Source: Octopus bimaculoides | Taxonomy: Eukaryota | Direction: 5' to 3' | DNA: 63,858 bases | Assembly: GCF_001194135.2 (NCBI RefSeq) | Contig: NC_068991.1 | Location: forward strand, 29,648,303-29,712,160 | Position numbers and translations under genes: made by a program | Shown here: piece by piece, positions 50,047 through 62,090 of the stretch | Layout of the letters: every line of letters begins with the position of its first letter | Numbering within the stretch: position 1 is the stretch's first letter | Notes under the pieces: generated by a model | Seen by the model: only the letters and a program-made list of their open reading frames with translations | Database searches by the model: none | What the model was told of the DNA's origin: nothing

Positions 50047-50233
50047 GATAACTATTTCAGTGGGGAGTAAGGTAATGCAAATTGATAGACTTTGTTTTCG
50101 TTTTTGTTGTTGTTATAGCTACTGTTTAGTCTCAGGTCGGATATTGTTTAATATGATCTCAGTTATGATGATAAGGTGCGATTTGAGTCCAGCTTTTGAC
50201 ACTGCTTCTAACAAGTCGTGTGACCACAAGGGG

Positions 50234-50289
50234 CGACTCCATCGTCGTCTCGACTCCATCGTCGTCTCGACTCCATCGTCGTCTCGACT
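50234..50289. repeat. 17-bp CpG-rich tandem repeat x3.3
   Basis: (CGACTCCATCGTCGTCT)3 CGACT. Confidence 0.95.
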
Positions 50290-50859
50290 TCATATCTGCG
50301 ATGAATATTTTAATTTCTTTATCAATTAATTCGTATCTTATGATAATTGATACATCTCATCAACATCACCCCAGGGGTTCGCAATGTCCGAGTATAGATT
50401 TGGCTTGAGGATTACATGTAAATGAAACGAAAGACGTGTGTTTCCCGAGGACAGGGTGCCAATATATTGCCACTAACATTTCCACACGATTTGATATTTA
50501 TTTCTGACAGCTGAGATGAAGTGAGGCACAACGAGAGCGCCTGCCATGGCAGTGAACTACAGAACTAGGTGCTTGTAATCAAATACCTTTAGCTACTCCA
50601 TCATGTAACACTTTTGCTTTTAACGGACAATCATATGAAAATATAATGTATGGTTGTTGATTGTTAATGAGAGATAAAAACATGGAAGAACACTGCCGAA
50701 TTTATGGAATCAATAAATTGTTAATTATCTTAATTTGTTTGTAATGGCATATTGTTTTATTTTGTCTTTTTTCAAAAAATTAATATTATTGTTACTATAG
50801 GACAGCAACTAGCTAGAACTATTAGAAGGCCTGAAAAACTGCTTTATCTTCTCCAACAT

Positions 50860-51160
50860 TTTACGCTCTGAGTTCAAATCTCACTTGGTCAAGTTTACCT
50901 TTTATCGGAATCAGCAAAATAGTGTACCATTATGTATGGGTTCATTGATATCGAGTAACCCCTTCCCTCAAAACTGATGTCCTTAAGGCGGGGAGACAGA
51001 AATAATGTTTAATGGCATTTCTTCTGGCTCCTTGCGTTCTGAGTCAGCTTTGAGGTCATCTTTCATCCTTAAGGGATAGGCAAAATAAGTACCAGTTGAG
51101 CACTAGAATCGATGTAATCGACTTCCTTCTTCCCTAAAAATGTCTGGCCTTGTACATTTT
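50860..51160 (+). mobile_element. Two decayed SINE B fragments
   Basis: TTACGCTCTGAGTTCAAATC (about 50862) and GCGTTCTGAGTC...AAGTACCAGTTGAGCACTAGAATCGATGTAATCGACT (about 51033-51125). Confidence 0.6.
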
Positions 51161-52336
51161 TTTGTTTCGTTGTGCATACACAAGTGCATATAAATATATT
51201 AATTTTTCGTGATATTTTGACTCGATTTAGGCAGGATTTGAAATCAGAACTAAAGGGACGTAGCAAAATGTTACAAGGGATTTCCTCCACTGTCTTAACT
51301 ATGCTACTAATCCATCATCGTTTTGTCAGTCTATTTGCCAGTCTACACGATATCTGTTACAGAAACACAACGATACATATAAGCGTTTGGCGTGCTTTAC
51401 ATCCTCACAAAATTGAGTGATCATAGTCTTTGTCATTGATTTACTTATATTATCTCCTTTACCTCGAATTTTATTCTCTGCTGTCCAGATAGTTGTTTGC
51501 CACAAAAGTATTCATAAGCATTTCTGTATACATTAGCATATGTTTACTGGTACAGCGGGCCTGTATTATCTCTGCTTCGTTGACATCGTCCAGTAAAGGC
51601 GAAACGTGTTATTTTCTCGTTAACAAATATAAGATTTTCTCTTCAATATGGTTATTAAATTACTTTTAATTAGTTCTTCATTTATTAAAACGATTTCCTC
51701 TTTACATACTACCATATGTATTTCTGCATGAGTGTATATATGTATAGAAAAGGGATAGAAGAAAGTAGTAAAAAGAGATAAAAACCACGAGAGAAGCAGA
51801 AGCAATAGTGGGCATAATGCAATAACAGAGAGATGGAGAGATAGTAGAATGTGGTGATGTGTGAGGCGTTGATTGCATTTTTCTGCGTAATATTTTCGAG
51901 TATAATATTACAGCGCTTTAATCGGCAAGTGAACGGGTCAAATTTATTGTCTGTTATGACTCTAACATCTGGACTGTACGGCTATTTGCAGATATGAAAA
52001 CCCCAGAGAAGAGACTGAAAATAGAATATTAAAAATGTAGTGATATCAAGTTACAGTGTATCATTAGAACGATTAAAAACGAGGAAACAATATTACCGTG
52101 AAACTAACACATTGATAACAGAAATAAAGGAGAGGTGGCTAGTGAAACACACAAACATTTAAACACATGCATACACACACAACCAGCCGCGCATACATGG
52201 AAATTTACATACATACAAGTATGTATGTATGTATGTATGTATGTATGTATGTATGTATATACATATTTATACATATATCTACACATACACGCATGCAGAG
52301 ATATATGCATATGTTCATACATACATACATATCTAT

Positions 52337-52398
<62 letters not shown>

Positions 52399-53210
52399 AT
52401 ACATATATATACCCACATGCAAATATGCATACACCCAGCATACACGCACAGACACACACGCACACACACACACACACACGCACACACACACAGATGTATT
52501 GTAAGTTATGGTTAGGACCAGTGCTATCTATACTCCTTAGAGTATTACTTCATTTACTTCATAAAAAAACCCATGTTTGTCGACAAATATCTGAATATGA
52601 CGAGACACTCTACCAAATTCTCAGCTCTCATACTAAGAACAGTATTTTCAGACCTTTGAATTGTCTTATTCTGTACAGGACCTATGAATTTCCGTGTTCT
52701 GAAGTGAAACTAATAATCTAGATTTGTGTAGGTGATTCTTTTTCATAGGAATGTATTTTCCATTTCATACTCTTTTACGATATTTTTTTGCTCGATAAGT
52801 TAAAGCTTCTGACTTATTGCCAGTTTTGTTCGTTGAAATTATAAACAAGGCCAGTGGCTTGTTCAGTCTCACAAAACTGGCTACAATCTGAGGACCAGAC
52901 ATATCGAAACACGAGTGTTCCAGAATCATTTGGGCAAGTGAGTTAAGTGTGTTATGAAAGCACTGTCAGAATAAAAGTCAGAAGTTTTTCTCCTTTGACT
53001 TCTACAATGGCGACTAGCATATTTTTGAGTCTGCCACAACATATTAAAAGTAAATGTACACAAAATCATCTTACCAATATATTCTTGATGCAAGTATTCG
53101 GTAGAAATTTTTACATCTACAACGTTTTATTGGCGACGCTCCACCCAGTCGAAACATATTCGTAAGCACCACTGGTTAACCCACAAATAAGGTACATATA
53201 TATATATATA

Positions 53211-53461
53211 TCAAAATAAGGTGATTAGAATCAAAATAAGCACTCCTTAACTTCCTGGAGATTTTAAACAAAATTATACTAATGTGTCCATCTGTTTTAA
53301 TTTAATTAAATTCTATGTCTCTGTGCAGCTGAGGATTGCTCTGCATTTAAATTGGTGTAATGGTTGCACTGTTCAATTAAATGGAGTTGCGTGAAACAAT
53401 CGTACTGCATTACCTCTGGATATCCTTGTTGCTTATTTTGGTTTTAATCACCTTATTTTGA
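53211..53461. mobile_element. MITE with 32-bp TIRs
   Basis: TCAAAATAAGGTGATTAGAATCAAAATAAGCA (53211-53242) versus its reverse complement at 53430-53461, 2 mismatches. Each TIR holds two CAAAATAAG copies. Confidence 0.85.
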
Positions 53462-53679
53462 AATTGTATGGATAATACCGTACTAAATTCTGGTGCCTCA
53501 ACTTAAGTACCATATTCATCTGAATCTAAATTTTTGCTGAACATAAGTTCAGCAAAAATGCGTATATATATATTGATAGAAATGGTAAGACAACAAAAGA
53601 ATGAAAGAAACCTCGATATTATGTGTAAATAGAGGAATTTATCTGTAAATATAATATGTGATAACTATTTAGTAGCCAT

Positions 53680-53740
53680 GATAAAACGCCCAGTTTCGGA
53701 TGTCGGGCCGGAAACCCACACCTGCATCTCTTCAGTTATC
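53680..53740 (-). ncRNA. Type I hammerhead-like motif
   Basis: GATAA | CTGAAGA | GATG ... CATC C | GAAAC tgggc GTT | TTATC: 5-bp stem I, 4-bp stem II with an extra C, 2-bp stem III. Confidence 0.55.
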
Positions 53741-53799
53741 GGGCCATCAAAAATATGCTATGAAAATGACCGTTAAACATGATTAATCGTTGGCCACTG

Positions 53800-53975
53800 A
53801 ACCTTTTTTTATTTTCTTTCCCTGTTTATTTCCGTGTTACTTTCTGCCGAAGAGCGTAGGCTCGAAACGTAAAAGACTTTCTCACTTCCCGAGCATTAAA
53901 CTAATACATCTGTTTGTTGTTTACGCATCCGTCTTCGTCTTTTGTTATTTTGTAAATTCTCACTATATATATACT
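53800..53975 (+). mobile_element. PLE terminal repeat fragment with A6C hammerhead (53840-53875)
   Basis: CTTT | CTGCCGAA | GAGC gtag GCTC | GAAAC GTA | AAAG; same family as 1-330 and 41050-41290. Confidence 0.7.
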
Positions 53976-54237
53976 TGTAATATGAGGATAAAATTTTATT
54001 AAACATTTTTATCTGTGACCAGCATATGAAAAATACCTTTTAAGGTGAAAATTATCCCCTTATAAAGTAGAGGCCAAAAAAATTCTTCGCCAATATGCTG
54101 AAAAATAGACGCTAAAAATAGACGCTGAAAACTAGACGCTAAATCGTCTAACCACTTAAAATATATCCACTTGTATCATTACACCAATTGCTGAAACGAG
54201 GAAAGCAAGCTAACAGAAATTCATAAAAATATAGTTA

Positions 54238-54299
54238 TCTCCGAATCGGTTCCGATTTCAGGATTAATCCAAAAAGGATTCTTCCTTCATCAGCGAGGA
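54238..54299 (-). ncRNA. Three-stem type I hammerhead ribozyme candidate
   Basis: TCCTCG | CTGATGA | AGGA ag AATCC ttttt GGATT aa TCCT | GAA ATCGG aa CCGAT T | CGGAGA: exact core, stem II 4+5 bp, stem III 4-5 bp, stem I 5 of 6 pairs, AUU triplet. Confidence 0.6.
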
Positions 54300-55960
54300 A
54301 TTTTGTTCTTGTTTTTGTGTTTGCTGTTGTTGTTGCTGTTGTTGTTGTTGCTATTGTTGTTGTTGTTGTGCTGGTGCTGGTAGTGGTGGTGTTTGTGGTT
54401 GTGATTGTTGTTGTGGTTGCGTGCGTGGGACGGCTTGTATTTCAGGTGTTAGAGGTGGTGGTGTCGATGCAGTATTTGTTTTGGGTGTATATGTCTTTGT
54501 CGCTTTGAATTTTTCTTTCTATTTCATGTTTGGATGAGGATTGTTGTTTTTCCATGTGCTTTTCCGTTTTGTTTTTCTTTTGTTTTCAACTTCTACTCCT
54601 CATCGCGTTCCAACTCTCCACCTGTGATGTCTACCCGCTTCGCATCGGGATGTAACACATCTTCGGGCGCTGAGAATAGTTTGGGGAAACTTGGTGTCGG
54701 TATGGTTGTTGGTGGTGCCACGACTGAATCTTCTGCTGCTGGTGGTGCTGTTGCTTTTGTCGCTAAAGTTCTGTTGGCCGTTGTTCGTATAGGGAGGAGA
54801 GGTGCTCGTCTCTCTTTTTCCTTCAGTCTAGGGCAGGAGACTTTTAAATGATTAGTTGAAAAGTAATTGTGGCACTTTGCTTTCCTTCCAGCTACCCTGA
54901 CTGGAATTATGCCGCCTCTAGGAAGAAGGGCTCGGTCCAGGATGAGATCCACATTCTTTTGTGTCGTTTGTAAGAGGAGTTTTATGGTCATCCTGGACCA
55001 GTTCTCCTTTGTGGTCTGATAAACTTCGGGGATTTTCGAGTTTTCCTCGATGTTTATCGTCACAGCAGCAATTAGCCAAGGAATGGCTATTTCTGGCAGC
55101 ACTTGTTGAATTATGATTTTGGCCAGTCTCTGACCGCAGCAGAAAGGAACTAACAACAACTCCTCGCTTTTGAGGGCATTCAGAGAATAATGCTTGGCTT
55201 CTTCCTCGGTGCGGAATCGAATGTCTGCAATTCCACAGGCCCTTCCTTTCGATTCCAGACAGAACCTAAACCCCCTTTTTTGTATTTGAGCCTCTGTAGC
55301 TCTTTCCACTCTTCTTGATTTTAAATCGAATGTACGGTACTCCACTGTGCGGCGTATCGTATCCTGGTTTGTCTCAGGTAGGAAGTGGGGTAATATAACT
55401 TTACATTTATTCCGTTTCTCTCTAGCATTTTAAAATTCCTCTTCAGAGAATTGTATTTATCTGAAGAGGTGACTTGGCTACTCCGGCTTAAAAACGTTTA
55501 GAAGAGCTAATCCAAGCCGTTGCCCGGTTTGTGTCGTAGCTCCTTCAGAGGTTTTGTCATTGTTATTGTTACTTTTGTTGTTGTTGTTTCTGCTGCTGCT
55601 GTTGTTGTTGTTGACGCTTCTGTTATTGATGTTGCTGTTGCTGACGCTCGTGCTGCTGATGTTATTGTTGCTGCTGTTGTTCTTGCTATTGTTGTTAGTT
55701 GTACTAAACTCTTCCGTTGCTTCGCTCACGAAAGGGCTCTCATTGTTTATCGTTTCGAAATTGCTGCTTTTATTTTGAACAATATTGTCAAAAACGGAGC
55801 CTTTGCTTTTCCGAAGGTCTTCTAAGAGATCCTTCTCGTAAAAATGGGCTCTGTTGGCCTTTTTGTCCTTTTTTTCGCCAAAAATACAGCTATCGTCTGT
55901 TCCTTTTTTTCAGCCAGAAATCGCTTAGTACGCTCGCACTCTCTCTCATTGACATTTGGT
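54264..55960 (-). mobile_element. Tx1/L1-like non-LTR retrotransposon ORF1 (gag-like) pseudogene
   Basis: ORF 55345-54593 has an RRM-like segment (GIADIRFRTEEEAKHYS...KIIIQQVLPEI) and a degenerate zinc knuckle GRKAKCHNYFSTNHLKVSCP (CX2[C>Y]X4HX4C). An N-rich leader lies upstream and a frameshifted P/Q-rich tail ends QNSSLMKEESFLD* at 54264. No ORF2 follows. Confidence 0.75.
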
Positions 55961-56220
55961 GACGCTCCTCACTCTCTCCCCCATTCTCACATATGAGCGT
56001 TACCGTATGTTGCTGTTGTTTCCTCCATGTTGGTGGGGAAATACAAACAACTATGATTGAAAAACAAAATCAATTGAGCTGTCCCCCAAAACTGGGGAAC
56101 GAAACAGGAAAATAAACTCGCCTCTCGACAGCAAATAACTTGTTGTCCACGATAGTGAAGGGTGCAAATACATTATTTTGGTCAAGTGAGGTCAAGCGAG
56201 GCGTGCCAGGCTTACGGCAA

Positions 56221-56350
56221 GAAGCAGAAGAAGAAGAAGAAGAAAAAGAAGAAGAAGAAGAAGAAGAAGAAGAAGAAAAAGAAGAAGAAGAAGAAAAAGA
56301 AGAAGAAGAAGAAGAAGAAGAAGAAGAAGAAGAAGAAGAAGAAGAAGAAG
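56221..56350. repeat. (GAA)n microsatellite
   Basis: Direct reading. Confidence 0.95.
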
Positions 56351-57479
56351 GAGTAGGAGAAGGAGAAGAAGAATTGGTAAGCAAATATGTTACGTTTAAT
56401 CAAACAAGCAATGTTAGAATGGTGAAGAAATCACGAAGCAACAAACATGACGGAGAAGTTCAGTGCCGTCGCTGTAGTCGTATTAAAGAAGCCATTTTAG
56501 GTGTTAACAGTAAAGTGACAACATGGAGACACTAATGATCTTGGAGTGAATTGTCGTGAGAATATTATACACAGACATTTATTCATACGCGAGCATATAG
56601 GCAAATAAGTGGAAAGAGAAAGAGAAAAAGGCGGGGAAGATATGGTGGTAAGTATAAAAGAGAGCGAGGGAGAGAAAAAAGAGGAAAAGGTTTTGGACAC
56701 ACACACTCACACAAACATGCACACAATGTAAAGAGTGTTTGGAGACTAGGAGGTCAGTAGAGTGGGAAGAGAAAGAGAAAGAGTGGGAGAGAGAGAGAGA
56801 CAGGGAGAGAGAGAGAGAGTGGGAGAGAGAGATAGAGAGAGAAAGAGTGGAGAGAGAGAGAGTGAATTCTAATAGACAAAGAAAATGGAGAAGAGGACGG
56901 GAGAATGGAAGAGCATCTAAGGAAATAAATGAATCTCCGTCGATTTGTACGATGATTATTCAGTTGTTGACGTGATGGCTGAGGTGAGATGGTAAGGGTA
57001 GTGGTGATTGTAATGATGATGTTGACGTTGGTGGTGTGTAGTAGCAGTAGTTACCATGAATATGATCATAGTAACTGTGGTGGTATTATATTGATGTGGC
57101 TGTAATTATATTGATGAAGATGGTTGCGTTAGTGCTGGTGGTGGCGGTAATAGTGGTTGTGAAGACGCTGGTGGAGAAAACAATAGTGATGATAGACATG
57201 GGAGCGGGTGATGGCAGTGGAGGTAGTAGTGGTGGTTGTAGTGGTGGTGAAGGTGATGCGTGTGTAGTGAGACCTGTGATAGTGTGTGTGTGTGTGTGTG
57301 TGTTTGTGTGTGCGTGCGTGCGTGTGCTTGNNNNNNNNNNNNNNNNNNNNNNNNNNNNNNNNNNNNNNNNNNNNNNNNNNNNNNNNNNNNGTCGGTAGTG
57401 TGTACGTGTATGTCTGTTAGAGCGGCAGGTAACACGGTAAATGAAAGAAAGCTGGGAATAATAACAATAAAATGCAAAT

Positions 57480-57691
57480 CGGGACTACCGGAAGTGATCT
57501 CAACTAAGATGGCAGCCACGACACAGACTAGGGTTTCAAGGGGGGAAATTTCAATTAAGAAGAAACTTGTGTCCGTCATTCTGTCCATCTGCATCGGACT
57601 GTTTGGTAGATTTGGATCGGGACTCACACCGTCTTTAATTGTGCGCATGCGTGCACACATGCGTAGTGTCTGCGCATGCGGGTGCTCATGA
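57480..57691. promoter_or_regulatory. Putative housekeeping-type promoter / first exon
   Basis: ETS CCGGAAGTG (57488-57496), YY1-type AAGATGGCAGCC (57506-57517), and two NRF1-type TGCGCATGCG (57642-57651, 57671-57680). Confidence 0.5.
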
Positions 57692-59301
57692 GTGCTTTAT
57701 GTCTCACCCTCTTTTATTGTGATTGAGTGTCTGCATGTGTATGTGTGTGGAAGTTGTGTGTGTATATGTGGTTGTGTGTGCATACGTATACATGTATGCA
57801 GGTTTTTGTGCATGTTAGTATGTATGTGAGGTGAGTGTTTTATATTTAATATATATATGTTCGTTCGTATGTGTATGTTTGTTTATGAGTGAGTTTGCTC
57901 GGGTGCGCATATGATTGTGTGTGCATGTGTGTGAGTGAGTGCTTTCTTTGTCGCAAGCTGTGTTTGTCCTTTATGTTTACATATGAGTGTTTTGTATGCC
58001 TTAGTCTCAGTTTATATGTGTATGTGTCAGCGTCTTCACGTGTGTGTGTATCTTTGCGTGTGAATGTATGTGTGTGTGAGTACTTGTATCTTAAACTATG
58101 TTTATATGTGTGCGTATGTCTGTGTTCTATCTGTGTCACTCTGTGTTTTCTGTATATATGTGTGTGTATTAGTGCCTGTGCATGCTTGTGTGTATGAATG
58201 TGTTTGTATTCGTGTGTGCATGAGAGTGCTTTTCGTCTCAGCATATATTAACGTTTGTGGGTTCTCTAAGCACTATTACTGATACACATTATTCGTCAGA
58301 AAAACATTTTAAAAAGCGATATTAACATAAAATATTTAAAAAGTTCATATTTACATGTTTATCTCTGATTGGTCTCAGAAGTAAATCTATAACCCGAAAC
58401 AAGAGAATGTACATACTAAATACATTATAAAATAATAAAATTACGTAATACAATATAATAATATAATATATGTGAAATATACAATATGAATTATTGTAAC
58501 GTAATGTACTGTAAATATAATATAAAATAATATGTAAAATGTTATAATATATGTGATATATGATATAATAAATTATAATATAATAAAATCTAACATAATA
58601 AAGTGTTTTGTAATATTATATATTGTAGTATAATATAAGTAGAATGTTACCCTCGTATATGAATTTTAACTCTAGAAGTATACTTTTGCAGTGAAGCACC
58701 AGAAAATATGGCACACATGCAATAATTACAATTCAGTTTACTTGTACAAAATTAGAAAAGGAATAGTAAATTTCAAAAACAAAATGAAACAAAACATGTA
58801 TATTTATATGTATATTTATTTCATTAAAATAAAATAAAATAAAACAAATTTCTCATTTGCATAATTCCTGCCATAACTACTCTCTCATTTACTTTCTGTC
58901 CTCCTCCTCTGCTTCCTCTGTTTCTATATTTCTTCCTCTGTCATAGCTTGCGCGGAGTTCTTTTACTCATAACCTGCCACCAAGCTTAGTATGTGCACTC
59001 ATCTTCCACAACTCATGCTAACCCAGTATTTCCCTTTTACTCTCTCACACCTTCTTCCTGCACGAAATAAAGCGTGACTGGAAAAATCAACCAATGAACC
59101 AATGAAAATTTATGTTAGCTATTATATGATTTGATATAACATAATATAATATATTCACGCGAAACAACCTTAGATTAAAATACCGGTGTGTTTAATAGTA
59201 TAAATTGTATACAACCATAGCACTGTAACATTTTGTCTCAAAGAAACATATCAAACTTATGTGTTAAAAAACACAGTTCTTTACTCTTAACGCCGGTGAC
59301 T

Positions 59302-59345
59302 CATCAAACACGGTGTTTCGACTTGATTTCGTGCCTTCAGTGATG
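59302..59345 (-). ncRNA. Decayed hammerhead motif
   Basis: CATCA | CTGAAGG | CAC gaaatcaa GTC | GAA ACA ccg TGT T | TGATG: stems I and III are intact; A9 and 10.1 are mutated. Confidence 0.45.
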
Positions 59346-60169
59346 GATATCATAAACGTGCTGAGCTAAACCCAAAATATTTGTACCAATATAGAAATCG
59401 GTAAAGAAAACCTTTACTAATTCGTGCGAAACCTACCTAGGCTAGAAGCAAATTAATATATACTCTTGATACAACATTAGATTAAGATATTTGTATATAT
59501 AGCATTTATATTGGCGATCCACCTGCGTTCTCAGCGATGCTCTTTTATATTAACATATTTCTTTGAGAAGTCTCTCCGAGACAAAATATAACAGCTGGCG
59601 CCGTTTCATGTTCGTATACACAATATAAATGCTGTATTAATTATTATCAAAATATAAAGCAATATAATACAGTGTTGTGTACTGTAATGTAATAATATTT
59701 TCATTGTAATTCCTGCGTCAGAGACAATACACAGAGTTGATATACAGTTAATTAGATATCATGTGACCTGAAATTTCTACATAATTCAATAGTGATTGTT
59801 CGATAGAATACCCGAGCACCACCGGGTATCTCTGGTATTATAATATAAAATAAAATGATATAATATAATATAATACAACATATATAATATAATATGAAAT
59901 AATATAATATAATATAATATAATATAATATAATATAATTAATTGCGTCAATGGAATTGCGGCAGATGTACTTCCGGTAGATGCTATATAGGAACGGTGCC
60001 AGGCTATCACCCTATAAAACACCTGAAGTGATATCGTCAAAATCAGTGTTTCTGGCAGGTGATCATATTTGCGTGTTTGTGCTCTTGTAGTTCTTGTAGA
60101 ACACTGCTCCCCTCCTCCTCCTCCTACTACTACTACTACTACTACTATTTCGTCGTGGTAATTGACCAA

Positions 60170-60300
60170 CTCAAAGCAGTCGGCAACAACGTGAAATGAA
60201 ATGTTTTGCTCAAGTACACAACGCACAGTCCGTCTAGGAATCGAAACCACAATCTCGCGATCGTGAGTACAACACCCTAACCAGAGACTACGCGCCTTCA
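60170..60300 (-). mobile_element. SINE family C (tRNA-derived) flanked by (CTA)n
   Basis: Minus strand GAAGGCGCGTAGTCTCTGGTTAGGGTGTTG...GGTTTCGATTCC...GTGTACTTGAGCAAAACATTTCATTTCACGTTG. Confidence 0.8.
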
Positions 60301-60710
60301 CTACTACTACTACTACTACTACTACTAGAGATATATTGTAAGAAGAATTAACACATTTTGCCAAGAATTGAAACAATCTAGGGATTCTAAGAACAGTAAA
60401 GGTTGCTTTCAGATTTTTGCTCTGACACTCATAGACGTATCTGATTTTTAAACTATATCCTATATTTTTAATAGTGGGTAGCGGTAACTGCCCATAGCAA
60501 TATCCATGCTTCGTTGGAAGCCCTTGCGTTTTAGAGTAACCAAGCCTCTCAGCAATGAACGAATCTCCTATAATTTCTATATTCTCTCCAACATCGTAGG
60601 GTGTCTCATGATAAACATTCTCAGTCCTAAGCCAATAAATTCTCAGCAAGTTGTTGATAGATATTAATATATATAATCACGCTTATGTATACATCTGTGT
60701 GTTTGCATAC

Positions 60711-60783
<73 letters not shown>

Positions 60784-61548
60784 TCCATATACTTACATGC
60801 GCAAATAAATATACAGAGATATATGCACATACATATATATAAATATATATATTGCACAGATATACACATACGCATATACATACGTATGTGTGCGTGTGTG
60901 TGTGTGCGTGCGTGTGTGTGCGTGTTTGTGTGTATGTATGTATGTGTATATGTATGAATGTAAATGCATGTATGAATTTGTGTCTAGGTATATAGATCTA
61001 TATACGTTGTCGTATCTTTATATATATGTCTGTATGCACGTATGCATGTATGTATATGAATGCGACAAATGACGTTCATAAGGAGACAGTGGTAATGGGT
61101 ATGGGATGCTAGTTGAGTCCCAGGAGTGTACTGGAGTCTAAATTCAACCCATTCCACAGTAAATGAGTGCAGCAGACGTCTTATGTCACGCCTCATTGAT
61201 TGCAAACATTTACAAGGTAACCTAATTAATGAACGATTTCTCCTTCAGCCTCTCATTTTGTTCCTCTAAACTATATATACACTCTCTCGTTCTCTCTCAG
61301 TCTATCTGTCTGTCTGTCTCTGTGCAATTCTGGTTGCCTCTCTCTCTCTCTCTCTCATCTTTCCCTTTCTCTCCCGCCCTTTCCTTACATATATAATCAC
61401 TATTGCAGTTGATTTATACATTCACAGTCAGTTTGCAAATACAACACTCCGCGGTATTTCAACCAGAAAAGAAACTGTGCAACATTAACTACAGCGTTTG
61501 TATATCGCAATAACTACAACACACATACGCGCACACACACGCACACAC

Positions 61549-61627
<79 letters not shown>

Positions 61628-61749
61628 GTAGCAGCAGCAGCAACAACAACAACGCTACAAACGTTTCAGTATAAACTCATGTGATTGTACTCCTTCTTCA
61701 ACTTCTGTTTATTATTATTACCATTTCTATTAGTGAGAATTCTCAGTTG

Positions 61750-62090
61750 CGTGAGACGGGTGTATTAACGCTGCTGAGACATGACGCCACCAAAAGGAAT
61801 ATTATATATAACTTCCGGTCCACAACCCTGTTAAATGCAGAGGTTAGAATTTTGGCCAAAGTATTAGCAAACTGGTTGAGGCATGTTGTAGGTGGTTTGA
61901 TCAGAGTAGTACAAACGAGTGCGATTCCCAATTGACCCAGTTACGAAAACCTCCACCTCATGCGATGCATCAGATAGAGAGTGAGTAACAAATCTGGATT
62001 TGGCGCTGCTGGGGTCCGGATCAATCTGGAATAGTCGAAAGCCTTCAATAGAGTCGACGATCGCAATAAGTGCGTCGATCAAATACCTGT
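61750..62090 (+). mobile_element. Tx1/L1-clade reverse transcriptase N-terminal remnant
   Basis: NFRSTTLLNAEVRILAKVLANWLRHVVGGLIRVVQTSAIPN then NLE*SKAFNRVD, matching NYRPISLLNxDxKILAKVLANRL...LDxxKAFDRV. Confidence 0.8.

Noticed and set aside
52880-52915. CTGAGGA...CGAAAC
   Set aside because: Stems cannot be formed convincingly.
56070-56535. Poly-E and poly-S ORFs with non-repetitive flanks
   Set aside because: Driven by a (GAA)n tract; the flanking peptides are unrecognised and lack splice signals.
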